From Paracoccaceae bacterium (lineage in GTDB: Bacteria; Pseudomonadota; Alphaproteobacteria; Rhodobacterales; Rhodobacteraceae), in assembly GCA_039808205.1 (NCBI GenBank), contig JBDHSS010000001.1:1-51807 (forward strand): a stretch of DNA of 51,807 nucleotides, read 5' to 3'. Both the position numbers and the translations under genes were made by a program. The notes beneath the pieces were generated by a model. That model was given only the letters and a program-made list of their open reading frames with translations, searched no databases and had not been told where the DNA came from. Numbering within the stretch: position 1 is the stretch's first letter; each line of letters opens with the position of its first letter. Shown here one piece after another: positions 30,093-41,551 of the stretch.

Positions 30093-31042
30093 GTGGAGGC
30101 ATGAAGATGCGCCCGTTCGATCCCACCCCCTTGCTGCCGGCCGTCGCGCTGGCGCTCGCCCTCGTCCAGCCGCTTGCGGCGCACGCCGCGCCGACGAGCT
30201 ATCCGACGCCCGACGCCGCCGTCGATGCGGTCATCGCCGCGCTGGACGCCAAGGACCGCGACGCGCTCGTCGCCGTTTTCGGCAAGGAGAGCGAGGACGT
30301 GATCTTCAGCGGCGACACGGTCCAGGACCGCAACAACTGGCGCGAGTTCCTGCGCAGCTACAACGAGCTGCACCGGATCGTGCCGGACGGCGACGCCTCG
30401 GCGACGCTCGATATCGGCCGCGACCTCTGGCCGTTCCCCGCGCCGCTCGTCAAGGACGCCGCCGGCTGGCACTTCGATGCCGAGGCGGCGCGCGACGAGG
30501 TGCTGCTGCGGCGGATCGGCGAGAACGAGCTCGACGTGATCGACCTCATGCAGCGCTATGGTGCGGCGCAGGCGGCCTACCGCGCCGAGGATGCCGACGG
30601 CGACGGCGTGCACGCCTTTGCCGCCAGCATCCTGAGCGACCCGGGCAAGCGCGACGGGCTCTACTGGCCCGACGCGCCCGGCGCGCCGGAAAGCCCGATC
30701 GGCGACCTCATGGCCCGCGCTGCCGCCGAAGGCTACAACTTCGACGGCACCGACGAGAGCCCCGAGCCCTACCTCGGCTACTACTTCCGCATCCTGACCA
30801 GGCAGGGACCGGCGGCGCCGGGCGGCGCCTACGACTACATGGTCGCCGGGCACATGCTGGCCGGCCACGCGCTGCTCGCGTTCCCGGCTGCCTACGGCGA
30901 CAGCGGGGTGATGACCTTCATGGTCGGCGAGGACGGCGTCGTCTACGAGAACGACCTCGGCGACGGCACCCTCGACAAGGCCGCGGCGATCGACAGCTTC
31001 GATCCCGGCGAAGGCTGGAAGCCGGTGAAGGACGACGACTAG
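30089..31042 (+). CDS. DUF2950 family protein
   Basis: WPFP.PLV, RRIG.NEL, S.PGK.DGLYW, PY.GYYFRIL, YG.SGVMTF; usual DUF3300 partner. Confidence 0.9.
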   Translation: MSGGMKMRPFDPTPLLPAVALALALVQPLAAHAAPTSYPTPDAAVDAVIAALDAKDRDALVAVFGKESEDVIFSGDTVQDRNNWREFLRSYNELHRIVPDGDASATLDIGRDLWPFPAPLVKDAAGWHFDAEAARDEVLLRRIGENELDVIDLMQRYGAAQAAYRAEDADGDGVHAFAASILSDPGKRDGLYWPDAPGAPESPIGDLMARAAAEGYNFDGTDESPEPYLGYYFRILTRQGPAAPGGAYDYMVAGHMLAGHALLAFPAAYGDSGVMTFMVGEDGVVYENDLGDGTLDKAAAIDSFDPGEGWKPVKDDD

Positions 31043-31189
31043 GACGACGGGCAGGGCTCGCGTCCAGAGGCGCCACCCGCCGGAGTCGTGGAGTGGGTGC
31101 GGATCCGGCAGGGAAGGGCGCGGGGACGGCTCTCGGGAAGCGCTCGCTCGCCCTTGCCTGCAGCGAGTCCAGGACGAAGGACGATCCCC

Positions 31190-31870
31190 ATGCGCCTCAA
31201 CGCTGACCTCGACACCCCCGTCACCGTCCACGCCGCTGCCCTCGACTGGGTTCCGAGCCCGGCCGCCGGCGTCGAGCGCAAGATGCTCTATCGCGAGGGC
31301 GACGAGGTCGCCCGCGCCACCTCGCTGGTGCGCTACGCCCCGGGCAGCGCCTTTCCCGCTCACGTCCACACCGGCGGCGAGGAGATCCTCGTCCTCGACG
31401 GCACGTTCCAGGACGAGCACGGCGACTATCCGGCGGGCACCTACTTCCGCAATCCGCCAGGCACGTCGCACCGCCCGGCCGCAGCCGACGGCTGCACGAT
31501 CTTTGTCCGCCTCTGGCAGTACCGCGAAGGCGATTCGGCGCAGCTCGTCCGCCGACCGAGCGAGGGCGAGCCGGCACCGCTCCGCCGCGGCGCGACCACG
31601 GCCCGACTCCTCTTCGACGATGGCGCCGAGCGGGTGACGCTCGAGGACTGGGCACCCGGCGCGTCGGTCTCGCTGCCGAACCCGCGCGGACTGGAGCTTC
31701 TCGTCATCTCCGGCAGCCTCCGCACGGCCGGAGACACGCTCGGGCCCGAGACCTGGCAGCGGCTGCCGGCCGGGCGGTCATTCGAGGCCGTGGCAGGGGG
31801 CGACGGCGCCCGCGTCTGGATCAAGGACGCACCCTTGCAGCATGCCGACGTCCTGCCGATGCCCGGCTGA
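31190..31870 (+). CDS. ChrR-like cupin domain protein
   Basis: W.PSP..GVER.ML, RATSLVRY.PG..F..H.H.GGEEI.VL.G.F.DEHG.YPAG.Y.RNP. Confidence 0.88.
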   Translation: MRLNADLDTPVTVHAAALDWVPSPAAGVERKMLYREGDEVARATSLVRYAPGSAFPAHVHTGGEEILVLDGTFQDEHGDYPAGTYFRNPPGTSHRPAAADGCTIFVRLWQYREGDSAQLVRRPSEGEPAPLRRGATTARLLFDDGAERVTLEDWAPGASVSLPNPRGLELLVISGSLRTAGDTLGPETWQRLPAGRSFEAVAGGDGARVWIKDAPLQHADVLPMPG

Positions 31871-31975
31871 TGCCCGGCGCCAAGCTCCCCGCCCGGCTTC
31901 TTCCGTCTCAAGTGCGGCGACGATCCTGGCGCGACAGTCTCGCGGCGGACAGGCGCGGGCGCTTGGTGCGTCCCC

Positions 31976-33247
31976 TCAGGGCGCCGTGACGAGGATGGCG
32001 CGGAAGTCGTTGACGTTGGTGAGGGTCGGGCCGGTGACGACGGCGTCGCCGAGCGCCTCGAAGAACGGATGGGCGTCGTTTGCCGCCAGCATCGCGCGTG
32101 CGTCGAGACCGAGCGCGTGGGCGCGGGCCAGCGTGTCGGGGGTGACGAGGGCGCCGGCGGCCGGGCCGCCGCCGTCGATGCCGTCGGTGTCGCCGGCGAG
32201 GGCCCAGACCCGCGGCTCGCCGGCCAGGGCGACGGCGAGCCCGAGCAGGAATTCGACATTGCGGCCGCCGCGGCCGGGCCCGCGGACCGTGACCGTCGTC
32301 TCGCCGCCGGAGAGAACGACGCACGGGCCGGGGAGCGGGTGGCCGGACGTAGCGGCGGCGCGGGCGATGCCGGCCATGACCTTGCCGACCTCGGCGGCCT
32401 CGCCTTCGAGCGCGTCGCCGAGGATCAGCGGCGTCACCGCGGCGGCACGGGCGACCGCGGCCGCCGCCTCCAGCGACATCCGCGGCGTGGCGATCATCAG
32501 CGTCTCCGCCATGGCGAGGCGCGGGTCGCCGGGCTTCGGCGTCTCCTCCCGCGCCGCGGCGAGGTGGGCCTTGACCGAGGTGGGCGCGTCGATGCCGTAG
32601 CGGGCGAGGATCGCCGCGGCGTCGGCGAAGGTCGTCGGGTCGGCGACGGTCGGGCCGGACGCGATGGCGGCGGGATCGTCGCCGGGGACGTCGGAGATGA
32701 CGAGGCTGACGACGCGCGCGGGGTAAGCGGCCGCGGCGAGCCGGCCGCCCTTGATTGCCGAGAGGTGGCGGCGGACGGTGTTCATCTCGGCGATGTCGGC
32801 CCCGCTCCGGAGCAGCGCCGCGTTCACCGCCTGCTTGTCGGCGAAGGGAATGCCGTCCGCCGGCAGCGCGAGCAGCGCCGAGCCGCCGCCGGAGATCAGG
32901 CAGAGGACGAGGTCGTCGGGGCCCGCCGCCCTGGCGATCTGCAGCATCCGGGCGGCCGCGGCGCGGCCCGCCTCGTCGGGGACCGGATGCGCCGCCTCGA
33001 CGATCTCGATGCGGTCGCAGGGCACGGCGTGGCCGTAGCGGGTAACGACGAGCCCGTCGAGCGGGCCCTCCCATGCCGCCTCGACCGCCGCCGCCATCGC
33101 CGCCGAGGCCTTGCCGGCGCCGAGGACGATGGTCCGCCCCGTCGGCCGCCCCGGCAGGTGCCGAGCGACGATGCCCGCGGGGAGCGCTGCCGCGATCGCG
33201 GCGTCGAAGAGGCGGCGCAGGAGCGCGGCGGGGTCTGGTGCGGTCAC
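31976..33247 (-). CDS. Glycerate kinase type 2 (MOFRL/TtuD family)
   Basis: GAGKAS, AAHPVPD, LISGGGSAL, SGGETTV, GGRN.E, DTDGIDG, TGPT.TNVND. Confidence 0.92.
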   Translation of the reverse strand: MTAPDPAALLRRLFDAAIAAALPAGIVARHLPGRPTGRTIVLGAGKASAAMAAAVEAAWEGPLDGLVVTRYGHAVPCDRIEIVEAAHPVPDEAGRAAAARMLQIARAAGPDDLVLCLISGGGSALLALPADGIPFADKQAVNAALLRSGADIAEMNTVRRHLSAIKGGRLAAAAYPARVVSLVISDVPGDDPAAIASGPTVADPTTFADAAAILARYGIDAPTSVKAHLAAAREETPKPGDPRLAMAETLMIATPRMSLEAAAAVARAAAVTPLILGDALEGEAAEVGKVMAGIARAAATSGHPLPGPCVVLSGGETTVTVRGPGRGGRNVEFLLGLAVALAGEPRVWALAGDTDGIDGGGPAAGALVTPDTLARAHALGLDARAMLAANDAHPFFEALGDAVVTGPTLTNVNDFRAILVTAP

Positions 33248-33415
33248 GGTCGGTCCCTTCCCGGGGCTGGCGTCAGATATTCGAGACGCGGATAGCCTCG
33301 CACGCGGCGTCCGTCACCTGCTCTGTCGCCGCCATGACGCCTTCTTCGGGCGTGGTGAGCCCGCGAGGACGGGCGCGGTCGCATCATCGCGGGGCCCAGG
33401 CATGGCCTGAGCCGC

Positions 33416-34449
33416 TCACAGCCAGTCGAGCACGACCTTGCCCGAGTTGCCTTCGCGCATCGCCGCGAAGCCTGACTCGAACTCGCCGATCTTGAGGCGG
33501 TGGGTGATGAGGGGCGTGACGTCGAGGCCCGACTGGACCAGCGCGATCATCTTGTACCAGGTCTCGAACATCTCGCGGCCGTAGATGCCCTTAAGCGTCA
33601 GCATCTTGAAGATGACCTTGTTCCAGTCGATCTCGAACGCCGCCGGCGCGATGCCGAGAATCGCGATCTTGCCGCCGTTGTTCATCACGTCGATCATGTC
33701 GCGGAAGGCCGGCGCGGCGCCCGACATCTCGAGGCCGATGTCGAAGCCCTCGCGCATGCCGATCGCCGGCATCACGTCGCGAAGCTTCTCGCGCGCGGCG
33801 TCGACGACGGTGTCGACGCCCATCCGTCGGGCGAGGTCGAGCCGGGTCGGGTTGATGTCGGTGATGACGACCTTGCGCGCGCCGGCGCGCTTGGCGACGA
33901 GCGCGCCCATGATGCCGATCGGCCCGGCGCCGGTGACGAGCACGTCCTCGCCGACCGAGTCGAAGGAGAGCGCGGTGTGGACGGCGTTGCCGAACGGGTC
34001 GAAGATCGCGGCGGTCTCGTCGGGAATGTCGTCGGGAATGGCGACGACGTTGTCTTCCGGGATGCAGACGTACTCGGCGAACGATCCCGGCCGGTGCACG
34101 CCGACCCCGAGGGTGTTGCGGCAGAGGTGGCCGCGGCCGGCACGGCAGTTGCGGCAGAAGCCGCAGACGATGTGGCCCTCGCCGGAGACGCGCTGGCCCG
34201 GGCGGTAGCGGCTCGCCGCCGGGCCGGCGTCGACGACGTGGCCGAAGAACTCGTGGCCGACGACCATCGGCACCGGCACCGTCGCCGCGGCCCAGGCGTC
34301 CCAGTTCCAGATGTGCACGTCGGTGCCGCAGATCGCGCTCTTCGCGACCTTGATGAGCACATCGTTCGGGCCGGGCTCGGGCACCGGCACCTCCTCCATC
34401 CAGAGCCCGGGCTCGGGCCGCGCCTTGACCAGCGCCTTCATCATGTTGC

Positions 34450-34453
<4 letters not shown>
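33416..34453 (-). CDS. tdh: L-threonine 3-dehydrogenase
   Basis: [12 protein letters not shown], Zn site [26 protein letters not shown]. Confidence 0.96.
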
Positions 34454-35640
<1,187 letters not shown>

Positions 35641-35735
35641 GTGCGTCTCCCGTGGGATGGAACGATCACCGGGCGTTGCTGCGGGCCCGTGTTGGCCTTA
35701 AGTCCGGTGCATCCCGGAAACAGGAAGCCCGAACA

Positions 35736-36773
35736 GTGCCGACCAGGAAAGGGAGTGTCACGTCGCTCGACGTCGCCAAGCGCGCGGGCGTCTCGCAATC
35801 CGTGGTGAGCCGCACCTTCGCGCGCGGTCCGACCCAGTCCGGCGTGTCGGAGGCGATGCGGCTGAAGGTGCTCGCCGCGGCGGAGGAGCTCGGCTATCGC
35901 CCGAACGCCTTTGCCCGGTCGCTCATCACGCAGCGCTCGAACCTGGTGGCGCTGCTCTTCAGCTATCTCGACAACCCGTTCTATGCGGCGGCGATCGAGA
36001 AGCTTTGCCTCGGGCTGCAGGAGAAGGCCTATCATCCGCTGGTGCTGATGATGCCGGACACGCTGGTCGACGTTCGGCCGACGATCAGCGACCTGCTGCA
36101 GTACCAGGTCGACGGCATCATCACCGCCTCGGTCGAGCTGTCCTCGAGCCTCTGCGACGAGTGCCTCGCGCGCGGCATCCCGGTGGTGATGTTCAACCGC
36201 ATGCAGGACGATCCGCGGCTCTGCAGCGTCACCACCGACAACGTCGGCGGCGGCCGGCTCGCGGCGCGCTATCTGCTCGCCGGCGGACACCAGCGGATCG
36301 CCATCATCGCCGGCTGGGAGGGCGCCTCGACCAACCGCGACCGCGAGTTCGGCTTCCTGGCCGAGCTGTCGGCCGCCGGCGCCGCGCTCTTCGCCCGCGG
36401 CGTCGGGCACTTCGACCTCGACCGCACGCGCGAGGCGACGCGGGCGCTGTTCGCGGTGCCGGCGGAGCGGCGGCCGGACGCGGTCTTCGTCGCCAACGAC
36501 TACATGGCGGTGGCCGCCCTCGACGTGCTCCGGAGCGAGCTCGGTCTCCGGGTGCCGGAGGACGTCTCGGTGATCGGCTTCGACGACACGCCGATGGCGG
36601 CGCTGCCGCCCTACGACCTCACCACGGTGCGCCAGCCCATCGACCAGATGGTGCGCGCGAGCATCCGGGTGCTGTTCGAGAACCTGGCGCGGCGCGCCAC
36701 CGAGCCCGAGCACCTGAAGTTCGAGGCGCGGCTCATCGAGCGGTCCTCGGCGCGGCGGCCGGTCAGCGCCTGA
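35736..36773 (+). CDS. LacI family transcriptional regulator
   Basis: HTH VTSLDVAKRAGVSQSVVSR, hinge LGYRPN..ARSL, VPEDVSVIGFDD, LTTVRQP; GTG start inferred. Confidence 0.93.
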   Translation: MPTRKGSVTSLDVAKRAGVSQSVVSRTFARGPTQSGVSEAMRLKVLAAAEELGYRPNAFARSLITQRSNLVALLFSYLDNPFYAAAIEKLCLGLQEKAYHPLVLMMPDTLVDVRPTISDLLQYQVDGIITASVELSSSLCDECLARGIPVVMFNRMQDDPRLCSVTTDNVGGGRLAARYLLAGGHQRIAIIAGWEGASTNRDREFGFLAELSAAGAALFARGVGHFDLDRTREATRALFAVPAERRPDAVFVANDYMAVAALDVLRSELGLRVPEDVSVIGFDDTPMAALPPYDLTTVRQPIDQMVRASIRVLFENLARRATEPEHLKFEARLIERSSARRPVSA

Positions 36774-37761
36774 CGATCTGGGCCATGCGGTCGAGGACAT
36801 CGACGCCCTGCTGAAAGAGGAAGTACGGAATGTCGATGAAGATCCAGTTCTCCGCCAGACGGTCGCCCGCGCGACGGTAGATGTCGACCACGCGCATCTC
36901 GACGCGCTTGTCGGATGCCGGCAGCCCCATGAAGCCGCCGAGCGGCCGCATCGTCAGGTTCGGCCAGCCGAAGAAGCCGCCGTAGTTGCCTTCGGCGAAG
37001 CGGCAGAGGTGGCCGACGCCGCTGACGTCGAGATGACGGCTGAACGGCCCCTGGTGCTGCTCCTCGTAGCGCGGGATCGTGTAGGTGGCGCCAATCCCGG
37101 CCGGGCCGAACCAGATCATGTCCTCGTGCCAGGTCCGCGCCAGCTCCTCCTGCGACGAGCCCATCGCCGAGCCGTGCAGGTCGTCGATCATCCGGTGGAT
37201 GAGGTCGAGGGTCTTCTGCGACTCGGCCGGATCCTGCGGGCCGAACATCAGCCCGTCGTGGGTCCGCGGCCCGGGGGTGATGAACGCCGCCCCGGTCTGC
37301 AGCGGCAGCGGGTTGAGGCCGACCTGCTGCATCACCGCGAGGATGTCGCACCAGAGCGCGGTCTCCATGATGCGGCCGTCCTCTACCCGGTGGAACTCGA
37401 CGTAGCGCAGGAACGCCATCTTGCGGCTGTGCGGGATGCCGAGCCAGTCCGCGTCGAAGAGCCCCATCAGGTGGCCCATGCTGGTGACCCACTCGGTCGC
37501 GCCGCCGTCGATGTGGTTGGCGCCCGCCATGAACACGTCCATCCGGCGCTGGATCGGCCGCAAGGCGCGGCGGAACGGGATCCAGAAGGTCTCGGCTACC
37601 GCCTCGGGTCCGGATTGCAGGTAGAACGGGTGCATCCCGCGCCAGAGGAGGTCGGGGGCGCAGAAGCGCGCGAGCACCCGGCCGATCTCGGCCTCGGGTG
37701 CGGCGTCGAGCTCGTCATAGAAGCGGCGGACGAGAGCTTTCGACGACGAGAAGTCGGCCAT
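36763..37761 (-). CDS. Tandem SnoaL-like (ester cyclase family) protein
   Basis: Two NTF2-like halves: LVRRFY...WLGIP..RK...F.RV.DGRI.E and W..DMIWFGP.GIG...FMGLPASDK.V.MRV.D.Y...RL.ENW. Confidence 0.82.
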   Translation of the reverse strand: MADFSSSKALVRRFYDELDAAPEAEIGRVLARFCAPDLLWRGMHPFYLQSGPEAVAETFWIPFRRALRPIQRRMDVFMAGANHIDGGATEWVTSMGHLMGLFDADWLGIPHSRKMAFLRYVEFHRVEDGRIMETALWCDILAVMQQVGLNPLPLQTGAAFITPGPRTHDGLMFGPQDPAESQKTLDLIHRMIDDLHGSAMGSSQEELARTWHEDMIWFGPAGIGATYTIPRYEEQHQGPFSRHLDVSGVGHLCRFAEGNYGGFFGWPNLTMRPLGGFMGLPASDKRVEMRVVDIYRRAGDRLAENWIFIDIPYFLFQQGVDVLDRMAQIVRR

Positions 37762-37812
37762 CCGGGATCCCCCGTGTGTTTTGCCTGCCGACGCAGCGAG
37801 TCGCCGGCTCGC

Positions 37813-37926
37813 CGCATACCTATGCGCAGACGGCGCGCATGGGAAGCGTCAATCAACCCGGGCCGATCCTGCGCGCCAAACTTGCGCTTGCGCGAATCAC
37901 GGAAGAAACGATAAGCATACGTATGC
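37813..37926. promoter_or_regulatory. Two LacI-type palindromic operators in a divergent promoter
   Basis: CGCATACCTATGCG at 37813-37826 and perfect GCATACGTATGC at 37915-37926 with the central CG typical of LacI operators; one lies near each divergent start. Confidence 0.75.
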
Positions 37927-37952
37927 GAGAAAAACCTCTGAAGGACGCGCCC

Positions 37953-39143
37953 ATGGCGGAGACCGTGCTGACGACCAAGCCCGACATGAGCGAGAAGCGA
38001 TCGCCCCGCCCCGAGCGCGAGCCGGCGGGCAGGCCGGTGACGGGCCTGACCCCCGCGCACATGCCGCGCGACTTCGCGATCTCGATCGACGCCTACCGCA
38101 AGGGCGGGACCGACGCCTTCCTCGCTCAGGCGCCTGTCGGTCTGGTCCGCCAGGACATGACCGGCTTCGAGCCGACCTACGTGAACATCGTCGACTACAT
38201 CGTCCGCATCACCCACCGGATCTGGGAAGAGAAGGACATCGGCTACATCTACGACACCTACAGCCACGACTGCAAAGTCTGGGACGACGTCGGGCTGCAG
38301 TATGGCCGCGACAAGATCGTGGCCGACACCGTGCACACCAACAACGCCTTTCCCGACATCCGGCTCGTCGCCGACGACGTGATCTGGGCCGGCGATGCCG
38401 CGGTGGGCTTCCATACCTCGCACCGCACCCGCATTCTCGGCACCAATACCGGGTTCAGCCGCTTCGGACCGCCGACGGGCAAGCCGGTGAAGCTCTGGTG
38501 CATCGCCAACTGCGTCGCCCGCGACAACGAGATCTTCCAGGAGCACGTGATCTACGACACTGGCGGCCTCCTGAAGCAGCTCGGGCTCGACGTGCTGGAG
38601 CAGGCGCGGCGGCTGGCCGAGGCGCAGGGCGGCGGCAGCGGGCTCCCCGCCGACTTCCTCGGCAGCGAGACGCCGCGGCTGCACGGGCAGGGCAAGCCCG
38701 ACAACCCGGTGCTGCCGGATGCGCCGGGCGAGGACATCGAGGCCTTCGTCCGCGCCGCCTTCCAGCTGGTCTGGAACCGGCGGAACTTCGCGGCGATGGA
38801 CCGGATCTATGCGCCCGAGGTGGTCGTCCAGGCCTCGGCCGGCCGGGTCTATCGCGGCATCGGCCAGCTGCGCAGCTTCGTGATGTCGCTGCTCGCCATG
38901 TTCCCCGACCTCGCGCTCAGCGTCGCCGACGTCTACTGGATGGGCAACGACGCCGACGGCTACCGGGTCGCCATCCGCTGGGGCGCGCTCGGCACCCACC
39001 GCGGCAACGGCGCCTACGGCAGCCCCACCGGCCGGCAGGTGCATATCTGGGGCATCACCCAGTGGCGGATCGCCGACGGCAAGGTCTCCGACGAGCTGAC
39101 GCTCTTCAACGAGTTCGGCATCCTCATGCAGCTCTTCGTCTGA
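37953..39143 (+). CDS. Tandem SnoaL-like (ester cyclase family) protein
   Basis: IVDYI.RIT..IWE, AFPD..L..DDVIW, FGPPTGK.V; second half VWN.R..., FPD, GTH.G.G.YG.PTGR.V; GAAGGA RBS before ATG 37953. Confidence 0.82.
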   Translation: MAETVLTTKPDMSEKRSPRPEREPAGRPVTGLTPAHMPRDFAISIDAYRKGGTDAFLAQAPVGLVRQDMTGFEPTYVNIVDYIVRITHRIWEEKDIGYIYDTYSHDCKVWDDVGLQYGRDKIVADTVHTNNAFPDIRLVADDVIWAGDAAVGFHTSHRTRILGTNTGFSRFGPPTGKPVKLWCIANCVARDNEIFQEHVIYDTGGLLKQLGLDVLEQARRLAEAQGGGSGLPADFLGSETPRLHGQGKPDNPVLPDAPGEDIEAFVRAAFQLVWNRRNFAAMDRIYAPEVVVQASAGRVYRGIGQLRSFVMSLLAMFPDLALSVADVYWMGNDADGYRVAIRWGALGTHRGNGAYGSPTGRQVHIWGITQWRIADGKVSDELTLFNEFGILMQLFV

Positions 39144-39164
39144 GAGCCGCCCGCCTGAACGGAT

Positions 39165-39185
39165 GGGCCGGCGTCGCGCCGGCCC
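39165..39185 (+). other. Perfect 9-bp intercistronic hairpin
   Basis: GGGCCGGCG-TCG-CGCCGGCCC with no U-tract; possible mRNA stability element. Confidence 0.45.
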
Positions 39186-39220
39186 GCCTAGCGACAAGAA
39201 CGGTGCAAGGAGGTTTAAGA

Positions 39221-40461
39221 ATGAAAACAATGAAAACGACCCTGCTGGCCCTCACGGCTGCGTCGATCGCCATCCTGCCCGGCGTGGCGAGCGCTGCCGG
39301 CTGCGGCATCGACGCCGCGGGCGAGGTCAACGTGCTGATGAACTTCTTCCCGGTCCTCGAGCTCCTCGACAAAGAGATGCAGGAGTGCGCGACCGACAAG
39401 CTCAAGATCGTCAACAAGCTCACGACCGATCACCGCGGCGAGCTGAAGAACATGGCCGAAGCGAGCGTCTCGCCGTTCGACGCCGCGCACGTCGCCAACG
39501 CCACGATCACGCCGCTGCAGGCCAAGGGGCAGCTGCTGCCGCTGAACGACCTCGTCGCGAAGTACGGCGGCACGCTCGAGGACCAGATGCTGATCCGCTT
39601 CGGCGACCAGATCATGGCCGTGGCGTTCATGGCCAACGCCGAGCACCTGTTCTATCGCAAGGACATCTTCGACCAGCTCGGCATCGCCGCGCCCAAGACC
39701 TGGGACGACGTGCTCGCCGCGGCGGAGAAGATCAAGGCGGCCAAGGTCGTCGAGTACCCGTTCGGCGCCGCCTACAAGACCGGCTGGGAGCTCGGCAACG
39801 TCTTCATCGACCTCTACCTCGCGCACGGCGGCGAGCTCTTCGATCCGGCGACCGGCGACCAGGCCTTCGACAACGACGCGGGCCTCGCGACGCTCCAGCT
39901 GATGAAGAGCCTCGGCAGCTACATGTCGCCGAACGCGCTCGCCATCGACTTCGCGGCGTGAAGCAGCAGATGCAGCAGGGCCAGGTCGCCATGGCCTTCC
40001 TCTGGGGCGATCTGGCGGCGTCGATGGACGACCCCACGCAGAGCAAGGTCGTCGACAAGGTCGCGTTCGCGCCGGCGCCCTCGATCGAGGCCGGCGGTCC
40101 GCCCGCCACCGCCTTCTGGTGGGACGGCTTCGTCATCCCGAAGAACCTCGACGGCGATCCCGACGTCACCTTCCAGGTGCTGATGCATGCGCTGCGGCCG
40201 GAGGTGGTCACCGAGAACAATGGCGCGACGCTCTGGCTGCGGTCGAACTACGTGCCGAACCGGTACTCGCAGGCGGTGATCGACTCGGTCGAGGCCGGCG
40301 CGCCGCCCTATCCGATGCTGCCGCAGGCGGGCCTCGCGCATGGCGCGATCGGCGAGAACATCGACGACTTCCTCGCCGGCAAGGAAAGCGCGGAGCAGTC
40401 GCTCAAGGATGCCGCAGCCGACTATCGCAAGACGGCGACCGAGGCCGGCTATCTGAACTGA
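39221..40461 (+). pseudogene. Carbohydrate-type ABC substrate-binding protein, frameshifted near 39955-39961
   Basis: AGGAGG RBS and signal peptide. The frame stops at TTC GCG GCG TGA, while the SBP C-terminus (VKQQMQQGQVAMAFLWG...WWDGF.IPKN) continues in another frame to 40461. One added base restores a single ORF. Confidence 0.85.
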
Positions 40462-40501
40462 CCGCCGTTCGGGCCCGCTGACCTCAAGGAGAGCTGATCC
40501 C

Positions 40502-41551
40502 GTGCGCCTGAAGACCTTCCTCGGATTCGTCGCGCCCTCGGCGATCGCGATGATCCTGCTCATCGCGGTGCCGCTCGTGGGCGTCGTCTACCTATCGCTG
40601 CACTCGTCGCACGTCGCGACGGAGCTCAAGGAGGTCAAGACCACGGTGCCGCTCTTCGCGGGCAAGACCCGCGAGGTCACGCGCCTGGTGCCGCAGGCCA
40701 AGCTCGGCGACGACGGCAAGCCCGTCGTCGTCTGGGAATACACCGGCGGCGCCGAGATCACCCGCGCCGCGCAGCTCCCCGAGCTCGAGGCCACGCTGAC
40801 GAAGGACCGCGGCAGCGCCAGCCTGCCGCGGATCGTCGCCGACATGTACGACGAGGTCACCAACTACGACTTCTGGAGCGCGCTCGAGTTTACGCTCGTC
40901 TACACCTTCGTGACGACGCCCTTCGTCGTCGGGATCGGGTTCCTGCTGGCCCTGGCGATCAACCGCGCCACCGAGCCGCTGCGGGGATCGCTGATCTTCG
41001 CCACGCTGCTGCCGATGATCATCACGCCGGTGGTGTCGGCGCTCTCGATTTACTGGCTCTTCCTCGACAACGCCGTGGTCTCGTCGCTGCTCGAGCAGAT
41101 GGGCTTCGGCAAGCTCTACTTCCTGCAGAGCGCGCTCACGGTCAGGACGATCATCATCGCCTTCGGCATCTGGCAGGCGGTGCCCTTCGCCTTCATCCTG
41201 CTCTATGCCGGGCTGAAGACCGTGCCCCAGGACGCGGTCGAGGCGGCGCGCGTCGACGGCGCCAACCGGTGGCAGACGGTGCGGGCTGTGACCATCCCGC
41301 ACCTGATGCCGCTCTTCGTCGTCATCGTCCTCATCCACATGATGGACGCCTACCGTGTGTTCGAGCCGGTTCTCGTGTTCAGCTCGAGCGTCTTCGCCAA
41401 CTCGCTGCAGTACCTGATCTATGCCGTTCTGGCGCTCCAGGACAACATCCACAAGGCGGCGTCCTACGCGGTCTTGACGGTGGTCGGCGTGGTCATCCTG
41501 CTCCTGCCCATCCTGCGCCGCACCTGGCGCGAGCAGAAGGCCCTGCGCTGA
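40502..41551 (+). CDS. Carbohydrate ABC transporter permease
   Basis: Multiple TM helices; EAA loop EAARVDGANRWQ...TIPHL. Confidence 0.92.
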   Translation: MRLKTFLGFVAPSAIAMILLIAVPLVGVVYLSLHSSHVATELKEVKTTVPLFAGKTREVTRLVPQAKLGDDGKPVVVWEYTGGAEITRAAQLPELEATLTKDRGSASLPRIVADMYDEVTNYDFWSALEFTLVYTFVTTPFVVGIGFLLALAINRATEPLRGSLIFATLLPMIITPVVSALSIYWLFLDNAVVSSLLEQMGFGKLYFLQSALTVRTIIIAFGIWQAVPFAFILLYAGLKTVPQDAVEAARVDGANRWQTVRAVTIPHLMPLFVVIVLIHMMDAYRVFEPVLVFSSSVFANSLQYLIYAVLALQDNIHKAASYAVLTVVGVVILLLPILRRTWREQKALR

